This document shows positions 1-7,959 of a stretch of DNA of 40,970 bases, one piece after another. The position numbers and the translations under genes were made by a program. The stretch is from a virus (lineage: Duplodnaviria > Caudoviricetes): positions 1 through 40,970 of the IMG/VR virus record IMGVR_UViG_3300032226_000216; one strand, 5' to 3'. Position 1 is the first letter of the stretch; every line of letters begins with the position of its first letter. Below the pieces are notes generated by a model that saw only the letters and a program-made list of their open reading frames with translations, did not search any database and was not told where the DNA came from.

Positions 1-411
1 CCCCTCAACCGTATCGTCGTTAATAATGCGGAATTCTCTTCCGTGGATTTTAAATCTTGTACCTGCGTATGCACGTGTCAAAACAAAATCACCCTCTTTA
101 CACCATGGACCTGTAGGAAATCTAACTTCATCTTTATAAGCTAAGTCACCTACTTTTACTACAAATAAAACTACAGTTGAATGTTCTTCTATAGATCTAA
201 CTGACCCTGCTTTAACTAAACCACTTTCATATGTTTCCGCTGCTTCTGGAATTGCACATAAAATTCTATAGCCTTTTGGTTCTGGAAGCTGTAAGCCTCT
301 TTCTTCAATTGGTATATCTTCTGCATCTACTTCATTCACTGTTGGAATAATAATTGGTCGACCATTTGCATCAACCAAATTTTTATTCATTGTGAGTATT
401 TGTTCACTCAT
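1..411 (-). CDS. GroES/Cpn10-like co-chaperonin (truncated by window edge)
   Basis: Not in the ORF track. Manual translation from ATG at 411 gives MSEQILTMNK...LPEPKGYRILCAIP...SGLVKAG...VVKVGDLAY...PWCKEGDFVLTRAYAGTRFKIHGREFRIINDDTVEG, the GroES-like pattern (PxGxRIL, G-rich mobile loop, GDxV, YAGT, INDD). The frame is open to position 1. Confidence 0.85.
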   Translation of the reverse strand, partial: MSEQILTMNKNLVDANGRPIIIPTVNEVDAEDIPIEERGLQLPEPKGYRILCAIPEAAETYESGLVKAGSVRSIEEHSTVVLFVVKVGDLAYKDEVRFPTGPWCKEGDFVLTRAYAGTRFKIHGREFRIINDDTVEG

Positions 412-598
412 CTTCAAATGTCTCCATCTTCTGTGCAAGGTCTTTAATTAAACTTTCAGCGACGGATAGACCTCGAATATACCCTGCCATATTTTGATAC
501 GAAGCAAAATCTTTTGCTGCTCCGTCTCCTAAATTATTTAAAACTGTTCTGCGCTGATCATCTATTCGAGACAATAATAGTTCTAGCGTTTGGTCCAT
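404..598 (-). CDS. small hypothetical protein between portal and GroES-like gene
   Basis: 64 aa, tightly packed in the late operon; its end overlaps the next start. Confidence 0.75.
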   Translation of the reverse strand: MDQTLELLLSRIDDQRRTVLNNLGDGAAKDFASYQNMAGYIRGLSVAESLIKDLAQKMETFEDE

Positions 599-601
599 GT
601 G

Positions 602-3076
602 TTACTCCCTGGGTTGTTTGTTATCCTTTTGTATTCCTAGTTGTTCTTTTTGAATTGCTGCGTCTAGACCAATCTTTACTCCATCTAGTGATTGCTGAGA
701 CTCTAATTTTTTCTTGTCCATAGTTACTTTTGCGGTCATTTCCATGGCATTTAATTTTTGTTCATTTTCAGCTTTAGATTTTTCAAACTCAAGTTTTTGT
801 TGTTCAATTTGAATCTTAGCTTGTCCTTCTTGAATCTTAGCTTGAGATTCTTGTTGTTTAATTTGAACTTCTTGTTGTTTAATTTGAAGCTCTTGTTGCT
901 GCATTTGAATTAATGGATCTTGTTGTTGTTGTTCAATTTGTTGTTGTTGAACTTCAGCTTGATCTTTTTGTAGAAGTTTATTAGCAGCATCAGCAGTTAA
1001 TCTAGATAATTGGACTTCCACATCTTCAGGTAAGTTTTCATCTGGATTAGGTAGTGGTACGCCTAATTGTTCTTCAATTTGTTTTCTATATTCAAACGCA
1101 ATATGTTCATTTATGTGAGCCATTGCTGCAGCTTGAATTTGAGAAGCCATTGGATTTTGGCCTATCATTTGCATGATCTTAGGATCTTGCATTGCTGCCA
1201 TATGAACTGCAATATGAGCTTGGTGATCTTGGTAGATAAATGCTTTAACAGGTTTACCATTAATAACAGCCATATTTTCAGATACAGGATCTTTTGGTTT
1301 CTGATCTTCTGTACTTGGAATAAGCTTGCCAATATTCTTAATACCTAATACTTCTAACATCTGGCGATTAAGTTCTGGTAAATCATAGATCTGTGGGTTT
1401 GCTTGAGCCATCTGCATAACAGCTTGATACTGAACAACTTTCTGTGACATCGTTGCAGCATTTGGATCACTTACAGGGATCACATCTACATTATCATAGT
1501 CAGCTTGTTTAGCACGTCTATCACCCACTTCTGGATCATAGTTATATTCTGATGGTGTGTAGTCTCTAATAATGCCTTTAAGAAGTTTAAACTCTTGCTT
1601 CATTGCATAGTAAATACGAGCTTGAATAGCTGATGTTACTTTCAATGTTCTTTCTAATATAGCTAGTGTAGTACCGACAGGTGCGTTAGAAGACATGTCA
1701 GATACTTTTAATCCTTCAGCATTAGCAAATGCACGACCTTCTTCAATGATTTGATTCATTAAAGAGTTTAATACTTGTGAAGGTTCTTTGTAAGGAAGAG
1801 GTAAAATGTTGTCACGAATAGCACCACTTGGTACATCTACGTCACGCCATTCACCTGGTGCGATTGGTGTATCATCGCCTTTAATACGAAGTCCTCGTGA
1901 CTTCATACCACCTGGTAAGTTTGATAGAGTACCCGCGTCAACAAGTTGACGTAAGATCATAGTACCTGATTTGGCGAAAGCACCTATCAAATGGATTAAA
2001 CCAAAGCAATAGAAACCAAAGCCTGGTATGTAGCCGTAATGAACAAAGTGTTGACGTTTTAATTTCAACTCATCTTCTGGGTTCCAGTTACGTCTAATTG
2101 ATAATATAGTGCCTGTACCTTTTTCTATTGTAACTACGTATGGTAAGGCAATTCCGTCATCACTATCTTTTAACTCTGGAATATCGAGTAGTGTGTGAAT
2201 TTCGTAAAGTTTATATCTATCATCTTCAGTTGCATTAAAACCTAGTTTCTCTGCAATCTTTTTCTCAGCTTCATCGATGTCTAAGAATGGTTCACCTAGA
2301 TCAACGTCGCGATAGAATCCTGCCGCTTGAAGTTTTTTAATTTCGTTTTTAGTTTTACGCATGACGTGGGTTACACGTTCTGCTGTTTCTAAATTAGATG
2401 CGCCATAAGGAACTACCATGTCCTCTGCAGTTACATACATTGCAACTTGGCGTTCTATAGATGGATCATAATAAATCTTTTTAAATGCGTTACCTGCAAG
2501 CCCAAGTCCCCACAACATTCTTTCGTGTTCTGGTCTATACTCAGCCATCACGTCGGTTAACTGATAATTCATGTCCTCTTGAACACGTTCAGCTGCATCT
2601 TCTTTTTCTTTAGTTTGCTTACCGATGATCTGTGTTTTAACTGGGCCTGATGCTGGAAATGTCTCCATCATAGTTTCAGCTTGGAACTTAACCAGCGCTT
2701 CCGTCATTAAGGGGTGGTACACATTGCATGCCCCAGGCCACGGTTCGGTACGGTCTTCAATTTTAAGACCTAATAATTCTAATCCGTCTACATATGTAGT
2801 TAACCAATCTTTTCTGGAATCTAAGTCTGATGTAATTTCACCAAGTAGATCACCTGATAATTCTGTTAACGTACCTTCATCAAGTTCTTCTGCTAAGTTA
2901 GCATTAAATTCTTCATCGCCCACTTCTTTACCCGGTTCGATTGTAATCTCCATACTACCGTCATCAAGTGTTACACTTTCAGGATTTTCAATTTCGATGC
3001 TTAAATCGGGTTCACCCATAGCCATCGCTTCTAATCCTTGTGGTGCTTGTGATAAACTTTTATCTATATCTGCCAT
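602..3076 (-). CDS. portal protein (P22-like, long C-terminal Q-rich coiled coil)
   Basis: 824 aa directly after the terminase large subunit, with motifs PWPGACNVYHPL, MNYQLT, GNAFKKIYYD, PGFGFYCFGL and RQLVDAGTLSNLPGG and a Gln/Glu-rich helical tail. Confidence 0.88.
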   Translation of the reverse strand: MADIDKSLSQAPQGLEAMAMGEPDLSIEIENPESVTLDDGSMEITIEPGKEVGDEEFNANLAEELDEGTLTELSGDLLGEITSDLDSRKDWLTTYVDGLELLGLKIEDRTEPWPGACNVYHPLMTEALVKFQAETMMETFPASGPVKTQIIGKQTKEKEDAAERVQEDMNYQLTDVMAEYRPEHERMLWGLGLAGNAFKKIYYDPSIERQVAMYVTAEDMVVPYGASNLETAERVTHVMRKTKNEIKKLQAAGFYRDVDLGEPFLDIDEAEKKIAEKLGFNATEDDRYKLYEIHTLLDIPELKDSDDGIALPYVVTIEKGTGTILSIRRNWNPEDELKLKRQHFVHYGYIPGFGFYCFGLIHLIGAFAKSGTMILRQLVDAGTLSNLPGGMKSRGLRIKGDDTPIAPGEWRDVDVPSGAIRDNILPLPYKEPSQVLNSLMNQIIEEGRAFANAEGLKVSDMSSNAPVGTTLAILERTLKVTSAIQARIYYAMKQEFKLLKGIIRDYTPSEYNYDPEVGDRRAKQADYDNVDVIPVSDPNAATMSQKVVQYQAVMQMAQANPQIYDLPELNRQMLEVLGIKNIGKLIPSTEDQKPKDPVSENMAVINGKPVKAFIYQDHQAHIAVHMAAMQDPKIMQMIGQNPMASQIQAAAMAHINEHIAFEYRKQIEEQLGVPLPNPDENLPEDVEVQLSRLTADAANKLLQKDQAEVQQQQIEQQQQDPLIQMQQQELQIKQQEVQIKQQESQAKIQEGQAKIQIEQQKLEFEKSKAENEQKLNAMEMTAKVTMDKKKLESQQSLDGVKIGLDAAIQKEQLGIQKDNKQPRE

Positions 3077-3087
3077 ATTCTATTTTC

Positions 3088-4626
3088 CTATATTGCGTAT
3101 AATTTTTTGCCACGACCTGGAATCCCATACACCATGTCATCTTCTTCATCACTAGGTAACCTAATAAAGCCACCTTGTCTAAACCTCATCAGTGCAAGTG
3201 TTGTCGCGTCAACTAAGTCGTCATTTGCTCCACTTGGAAAGTCATTACACTCTTCAATTACTTCATGCGCCCATCTATGATCCGGAGCCCACACTATACC
3301 ACTTCTAAACAAATCTGACACTGCATTTACACGACTGATTTTATCTTGCCCTTTACCTGGTGTAAATTCGCCAACAGGAATGCCCATGCGTCTAACCTCT
3401 TGATAGAGTGCAGCACCGTTAGATTTCTTTTCTACTATGAATGCGTCAGGCTCCCAATCCTTATATTCTTGTATACAAAGCTCTTTTAAGTCGGGGAACT
3501 CTAATCGTTTCTTAATTGCATTTAATAGTATTATATTATAGTTATTGGTTTCTTCGTTAAAAAAGACGCCCCATGTAGTCAATGCGTTATAGTCCGCACG
3601 GTTATTAGCTTCTTGAGCCGCGTCTAGTGTCATGATTGTGAATTCACACTGAGGAGGATCTTCTCCTTCCCATATCTTCCACCACTCTCTTTTAATCAGC
3701 GCGCCTTCTTCTGATACTGGGTTTTGTAAGTATTGTGAGTTCCAATACCTAATATCAAGTGCAGCCTTCTTAGCTTTTAATTCTTCTAGTGGCCAGAACT
3801 CAGGCCATAAACTTCGTTCTTCTCCGTCTTTATCCGTCAATATCGCTGGAAATTCTACAACCTCCCAGTCATCTACTTCGTCATTCTTAACCATCTGGTT
3901 CACAATTTCGCCAGTCAAGTCAAGCTTAGACCACCGAGTCATCACTACAATTATCGCACCACCAGGCATAAGACGCTGTAATGGGCCAGACTGAAACCAC
4001 TCCCAAGCAGGCTTAAAAACGTCAGGTCGTCCAAGTTTGGCATCTTGCTCAGAGTGTGGGTCATCAATGATAAACAGATCAGCCCCGCGACCAGCGAGGG
4101 CACCACCAACACCAATAGCGAAATACTCTCCATTATAATTTGTCCCCCATCGTGACGCTGATTTACTATCTGCCTGTAGTTCTACCTGTGGGAAGATATC
4201 TTTGTAAGCATCACTACCCACCAAATTTCTAACCCGACGACCAAAATTAACAGCAAGGTCAGCCGTATGCGACGCCATAATAACTTTCTTATGTGGGTAC
4301 TTTCCCAAGAACCATGCAGGAGCAAGATAAGAGATAAGTTCTGATTTGCCGTGTCGCGGAGCAATATTAACAATAACTCGTTTTTTCTTGCCTGATGCAA
4401 TCTCTTCAAATATCTTAGCCAATCTCCGATGATGCTCTCCTATCATGTAGCCCGGGTATACGTGCATAATAAAGTCTAGGAAGCTATCCTTGCCGTGTTC
4501 CTGTACCCAATTCTTCTTAAACACTCTTAACTTCGCTAGTGCTATTCTTTTCTTATCATCATCCAGATATGGGACGATCTGCATTAACTCCGCTGCTTTC
4601 TCTGGGGTTAGCCTTTCTTCACTCAT
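3088..4626 (-). CDS. terL: terminase large subunit
   Basis: Walker A NIAPRHGKSE, Walker B FIIDDP, coupling motif VMTRW, and RNase H-like nuclease acidic motifs TLDAA and NDDLVDA. Confidence 0.95.
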   Translation of the reverse strand: MSEERLTPEKAAELMQIVPYLDDDKKRIALAKLRVFKKNWVQEHGKDSFLDFIMHVYPGYMIGEHHRRLAKIFEEIASGKKKRVIVNIAPRHGKSELISYLAPAWFLGKYPHKKVIMASHTADLAVNFGRRVRNLVGSDAYKDIFPQVELQADSKSASRWGTNYNGEYFAIGVGGALAGRGADLFIIDDPHSEQDAKLGRPDVFKPAWEWFQSGPLQRLMPGGAIIVVMTRWSKLDLTGEIVNQMVKNDEVDDWEVVEFPAILTDKDGEERSLWPEFWPLEELKAKKAALDIRYWNSQYLQNPVSEEGALIKREWWKIWEGEDPPQCEFTIMTLDAAQEANNRADYNALTTWGVFFNEETNNYNIILLNAIKKRLEFPDLKELCIQEYKDWEPDAFIVEKKSNGAALYQEVRRMGIPVGEFTPGKGQDKISRVNAVSDLFRSGIVWAPDHRWAHEVIEECNDFPSGANDDLVDATTLALMRFRQGGFIRLPSDEEDDMVYGIPGRGKKLYAI

Positions 4627-5260
4627 CTGTTTTATCTTCTATCACTTCTGCATCTATCGTCTGCGCTGGCTCCTTCATGAGTCCTTTTTGCTTGAAGTCG
4701 TTTAACATAGTAAGAAGTTCTTTCTCAACCTCCTCCATTGACTCCATCTTGTGCGTGACTTCAGTCTTCTTTTTAAATGCATCAACTCCATCCACCTCGC
4801 CTAACGCTCTTAACGCGGTTGTCTTTTCTTTTGGATTCGTAGTTGACTCGATGACTTTAATGAGGTTGTTAACTACGTAGAGTTTATAATCAGCTAATTG
4901 TTTTGAGAGTAGTACCTGTGTCTGAGCTACCATACCAGCACAATATGCCATCGTAGGATCGGTGTATGTACCATATTCAGGTTTAAAGTTGGGATCTGTC
5001 ATGACTCTTTTAACAAAGTCGACTGCTTTTTGTTGTTCTGCCGGGCTAGCGTCAGGAATAGGTTCACCTTTTAAATCAGCTATGGTCTTAACCGTCTCAA
5101 CTCTAACCTGTAACTCTTCTTCCATGCCTAGTTCTGGCATAGCATCTTTAGCATTTTTAGGCAAGGGGACGTCCTCCTCGATGTTGGGCATCATAATTAC
5201 GTGAGAGACGTCGTGATCAGAGTTATCTGATTGATTTTGTTGACTTTTTAGGTCGTTCAT
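4619..5260 (-). CDS. probable terminase small subunit
   Basis: 213 aa, first gene of the late operon, overlapping the terL start. The helical segment TALRALGEVDGVDAF followed by a short beta tail is typical of TerS. The call is mainly positional. Confidence 0.55.
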   Translation of the reverse strand: MNDLKSQQNQSDNSDHDVSHVIMMPNIEEDVPLPKNAKDAMPELGMEEELQVRVETVKTIADLKGEPIPDASPAEQQKAVDFVKRVMTDPNFKPEYGTYTDPTMAYCAGMVAQTQVLLSKQLADYKLYVVNNLIKVIESTTNPKEKTTALRALGEVDGVDAFKKKTEVTHKMESMEEVEKELLTMLNDFKQKGLMKEPAQTIDAEVIEDKTDE

Positions 5261-5305
5261 GTGTCGCTGTTACACCTTTGAATAGAATTTGCAGCTTATT
5301 TATGG

Positions 5306-5314
5306 ATTGTAACA
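5306..5314 (-). promoter_or_regulatory. extended -10 element (TGtTACAAT) for the leftward packaging operon
   Basis: The minus strand reads TGTTACAAT about 45 nt upstream of the ATG at 5260. No good -35 is visible. Confidence 0.4.
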
Positions 5315-5346
5315 TAGTTTTTAAGAAAAAGAGGTAGAATAGCTAT

Positions 5347-5691
5347 ATGAAAACCACACTTACCAAGAAGAATTTAGAGATTTTGTACAACATGGCGTGT
5401 AAACTGCCGCCCTTTAATAGACTCCCTATGCCTAAGTCTGACAAAGTTAAGTTCCGTGTCATTAAGAATCCTACTATATATGGTTGTTTTGACGAAGTGG
5501 ACATGGCTATTGAAATAAGTTCAGGTTCTTGTGGTCACTTCATTACTATTTTCCAAACTCTCCTCCATGAAATGGTTCACTTAGCTCTCTATGTTCGAGG
5601 CGATGATGACTTTGATCAACACGGGGCTAAATTCATGCGTATTAAAGATGTTTACTCCGAGCTTTACAACTTCGATCCTAAAGCTATCTAA
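5347..5691 (+). CDS. SprT-like zinc metalloprotease
   Basis: TLLHEMVH (HEXXH) plus downstream HGAKF, the SprT-like third ligand pattern. TAGAAT at 5335-5340 lies only 6 nt before the ATG. Confidence 0.75.
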   Translation: MKTTLTKKNLEILYNMACKLPPFNRLPMPKSDKVKFRVIKNPTIYGCFDEVDMAIEISSGSCGHFITIFQTLLHEMVHLALYVRGDDDFDQHGAKFMRIKDVYSELYNFDPKAI

Positions 5692-5892
5692 GTAAAGCCC
5701 CGCTTTACACCCCTACTTTTCACATTTTTTTATAGAAATTTTTTTTGTTGACCCTTTTTATTTGGTATGGGGGGTGTTTCTATATTTGACTTTTTTTCTG
5801 ACCGTTTGCGTTGGGCTCAATGTAGGGAATGACGGGACTCCTACTTTGTAAAACGGGGTGATACGGGGTACGTGGGGTTGCGTAGTATGGAT

Positions 5893-6040
5893 ACCTAGTC
5901 CGCCTAGTTCCTACCGCGTCCACGAAGTCCACCGCGTCCACGTTGTCCGCCTCGTTATAACCAAGTTAAACCCCGTCCACCTAGTTCGAACCTCGCGCAC
6001 CATGTTGGTGCATAATAACCAAGTGAACCAAGTACCATGT
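5893..6040 (+). repeat. array of about 15 degenerate heptamers RCS-NN-GT, mostly at 9-11 bp spacing
   Basis: Read directly: acctagt, gcctagt, accgcgt, acgaagt, accgcgt, acgttgt, gcctcgt, accaagt, accccgt, acctagt, acctcgc, accatgt, accaagt, accaagt, accatgt. Confidence 0.8.
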
Positions 6041-6318
6041 AAGTCCTTGATTTTAAACATGTTCGGATTGTTCGGACGCGGTTTGACGTTGTTCACGTCG
6101 TAAGTCCTTGATTAATAAGGTTTGTTCACGTTGTTCACGTTGTTCATGCCAAATAATAGGACAAAGGGAAAGGAGTTTGACGAAGTTTAGAGATCGTTCA
6201 CTTCGTTAATGCGGTGCAATCTTCTACCCCCTTGTCCTATCTTTTCAGCCCGAACACATGAACAAACATCAAATAATAATAATAATAAATAATATAATAT
6301 ATATAAATCAATCACTTA
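6040..6318. promoter_or_regulatory. three IHF-consensus sites (WATCAANNNNTTR)
   Basis: AATCAAGGACTTA on the minus strand at 6040-6052 and 6101-6113, and AATCAATCACTTA on the plus strand at 6306-6318. Confidence 0.65.
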
Positions 6319-6392
6319 CAAACACACACAACCTCAAAAAAGCCTCGTTCATTAATTTAAAGTAAAGTTTCAAAGTCCGAACAATCCGAACA
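6060..6392. repeat. nested inverted repeats (quasi-palindromic region)
   Basis: Perfect 18-bp IR at 6060-6077/6375-6392, 9-bp IR at 6140-6148/6257-6265, 12-of-13 IR at 6156-6168/6228-6240, and inner IR ACGAAGT/ACTTCGT at 6180-6186/6200-6206. Confidence 0.85.
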
Positions 6393-6440
6393 CGTTGTTT
6401 TTAAAGGGTTTTTTAACACCTAGCAAGAACCATGCCAATC

Positions 6441-6485
6441 ATTGTCAAATAATGTTTGACTATAAAAACCAATTCGAAGTAAAAT
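6441..6485 (+). promoter_or_regulatory. sigma70-type early promoter with overlapping palindrome
   Basis: TTGACT(6456-6461)-N18-TAAAAT(6480-6485), with a GTCAAA-N5-TTTGAC palindrome over the -35. Confidence 0.6.
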
Positions 6486-6534
6486 CATAAACAGCAACAC
6501 GGAAACCCACTAACAACGAAAGGACATACCTTAT

Positions 6535-6807
6535 ATGGAAATGAATAGAAAACAACTAAACGCAGTCGCACGAATTGAAAGCAGACTTCGAAGCTATGAC
6601 CCAAACAAAGTTTTGCACCCTCAAGGCATTCAATTCAAATACGAATACAACCCCGAGTATGAATATCTATTCTGCTCATTACTTAACGCGGAAAACTCTA
6701 AATGGTACGAAAGCCGAGTTTTTACTTGTTTCACTATCGGCAAACGCGGTGGGATTAAAATTCTAAACACCGACAACAAATGGTTAGCACGTTGGATTAA
6801 AAATTAA
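6535..6807 (+). CDS. hypothetical early protein
   Basis: 90 aa, AAGGA RBS upstream, first ORF after the early promoter. Confidence 0.7.
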   Translation: MEMNRKQLNAVARIESRLRSYDPNKVLHPQGIQFKYEYNPEYEYLFCSLLNAENSKWYESRVFTCFTIGKRGGIKILNTDNKWLARWIKN

Positions 6808-6819
6808 GGGGATAACAAC

Positions 6820-7050
6820 ATGAAACCAAGCGAACTTAAATACAACCACGAACTACACAATCCGAATAGCTATTTCTTTACGCGCGACACCATGCGCTTT
6901 TTTGGCGATACTATGAACAACTACGGCGTTATTGATAAGGGGACATATTTCGAACTATACAGAAAACGCCCTGTAAAACATGGTTTAAATTCTAGTCATT
7001 ACTTTGATAAAACCACGTTCGAACAATTAAGCAAGGAACCCACACTATGA
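6820..7050 (+). CDS. hypothetical early protein
   Basis: 76 aa, AAGGGG RBS. The YFFTRDTMRFFG segment resembles a motif I recall in small phage early proteins. Confidence 0.75.
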   Translation: MKPSELKYNHELHNPNSYFFTRDTMRFFGDTMNNYGVIDKGTYFELYRKRPVKHGLNSSHYFDKTTFEQLSKEPTL

Positions 7051-7247
7051 CACTCGAACACCTACGCCCTCAAATTAAGAGGGCTTTAAATAACCCCGAC
7101 GCGCTTTCAACTTCCGAGCGCGTCATTCTCTCAACTCTGCTATTTAATAGCACCTATGAAACCGCGTTTAAACTCCGCCTATCAATTCGGCAGATCGAAA
7201 CCGCACTCAACGACTTTAAAACTAAACTCACGAAAGGCACAACATGA
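7047..7247 (+). CDS. hypothetical early protein
   Basis: 66 aa, ATGA overlap with the previous gene, AAGGA RBS. Confidence 0.65.
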   Translation: MTLEHLRPQIKRALNNPDALSTSERVILSTLLFNSTYETAFKLRLSIRQIETALNDFKTKLTKGTT

Positions 7248-7375
7248 AAACGATCAAGCAAGAAATTTATTTTTACATTGACGAGGACACAGGCGAGAAA
7301 ATTTACGACACCGAACTTATGCTTGAAGAATTCCAAGACAAATTAAACGAACTCACGAAAGGCACAACATGAAAA
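7225..7375 (+). repeat. 26-bp perfect direct repeat flanking a mini-gene
   Basis: AACTCACGAAAGGCACAACATGAAAA at 7225-7250 and 7350-7375. Confidence 0.92.
7244..7372 (+). CDS. 42-aa acidic hypothetical protein
   Basis: Manual translation MKTIKQEIYFYIDEDTGEKIYDTELMLEEFQDKLNELTKGTT, with ATGA coupling on both sides. Confidence 0.65.
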   Translation: MKTIKQEIYFYIDEDTGEKIYDTELMLEEFQDKLNELTKGTT

Positions 7376-7530
7376 AACAAAACGCGCACCCTCGATACCT
7401 CGACGCACTACTCACAAAAACTTTTTACCCCGACACCTCGAGCGAACATAAACACGCCGTTCGATACCTCGATCAAGCAAATAAAACCATTGAAAAGGGG
7501 CATAGTAAGACATCAACCCCCAAAAAATAA
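7369..7530 (+). CDS. 53-aa hypothetical protein
   Basis: Manual translation MKKQNAHPRYLDALL...STPKK. The start lies inside the second 26-bp repeat. Confidence 0.5.
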   Translation: MKKQNAHPRYLDALLTKTFYPDTSSEHKHAVRYLDQANKTIEKGHSKTSTPKK

Positions 7531-7593
7531 TCGTTTATAGAGCGATTGTGAAAGCCTCAAAACCCTAAAAACATTAAAAAGGACAATAAAATT

Positions 7594-7959
7594 ATGAAAA
7601 CCGCACCAACCCAAGCACAACAACGCCATGACCAGATCGAACTACTACGCGATCAACTCCGCCCATTAAAAGCCTACGAGGTTATGAAACCGACCGCGCA
7701 GAGCGTGAACATTATCGACGGCACAATCAACGGGCATGGAGTGAAATTCACTTTTTTCTATCAGCCGACAAAGGCGGACATGGCAAACGCGCACCACGCG
7801 ACAAAGAACCTAGAGAACAACCTACGCGACGGCGTCGCTATGAGAAAAGCGCACCTTTTCAGCCTAGTAGAAAACGACATAACAGAATACACCGACATTT
7901 TAACGATCAACTCGAAAGACTTGGAACAACTCAAGGAGGAACGTATTGAAAATGAATAA
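7594..7959 (+). CDS. hypothetical early protein
   Basis: 121 aa, AAGGA RBS. Confidence 0.7.
   Translation: MKTAPTQAQQRHDQIELLRDQLRPLKAYEVMKPTAQSVNIIDGTINGHGVKFTFFYQPTKADMANAHHATKNLENNLRDGVAMRKAHLFSLVENDITEYTDILTINSKDLEQLKEERIENE

Noticed and set aside
3951-4409. Same-strand alternative-frame ORFs inside terL
   Set aside because: They overlap conserved ATPase motifs and have the L/V-rich composition typical of +1 shadows. Unlike the 30936-31106 ORF, the host frame here is not a degenerate linker.
514-5204. Plus-strand ORFs opposite portal and terminase genes (e.g. 2625..3155, 4539..4880)
   Set aside because: These are antisense shadows of well-supported genes, S/L-rich and without RBS or motifs.
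5858-6103. ORFs 5858..6103 (+) and 5911..6096 (-)
   Set aside because: They run through the heptamer array, have repetitive unnatural translations and lack an RBS. The region is better explained as non-coding.
5700-6530. tRNA or known riboswitch in the large intergenic region
   Set aside because: I could not build a cloverleaf with properly placed D and T arms. The GTTCGAA at 5984 is part of the repeat array.
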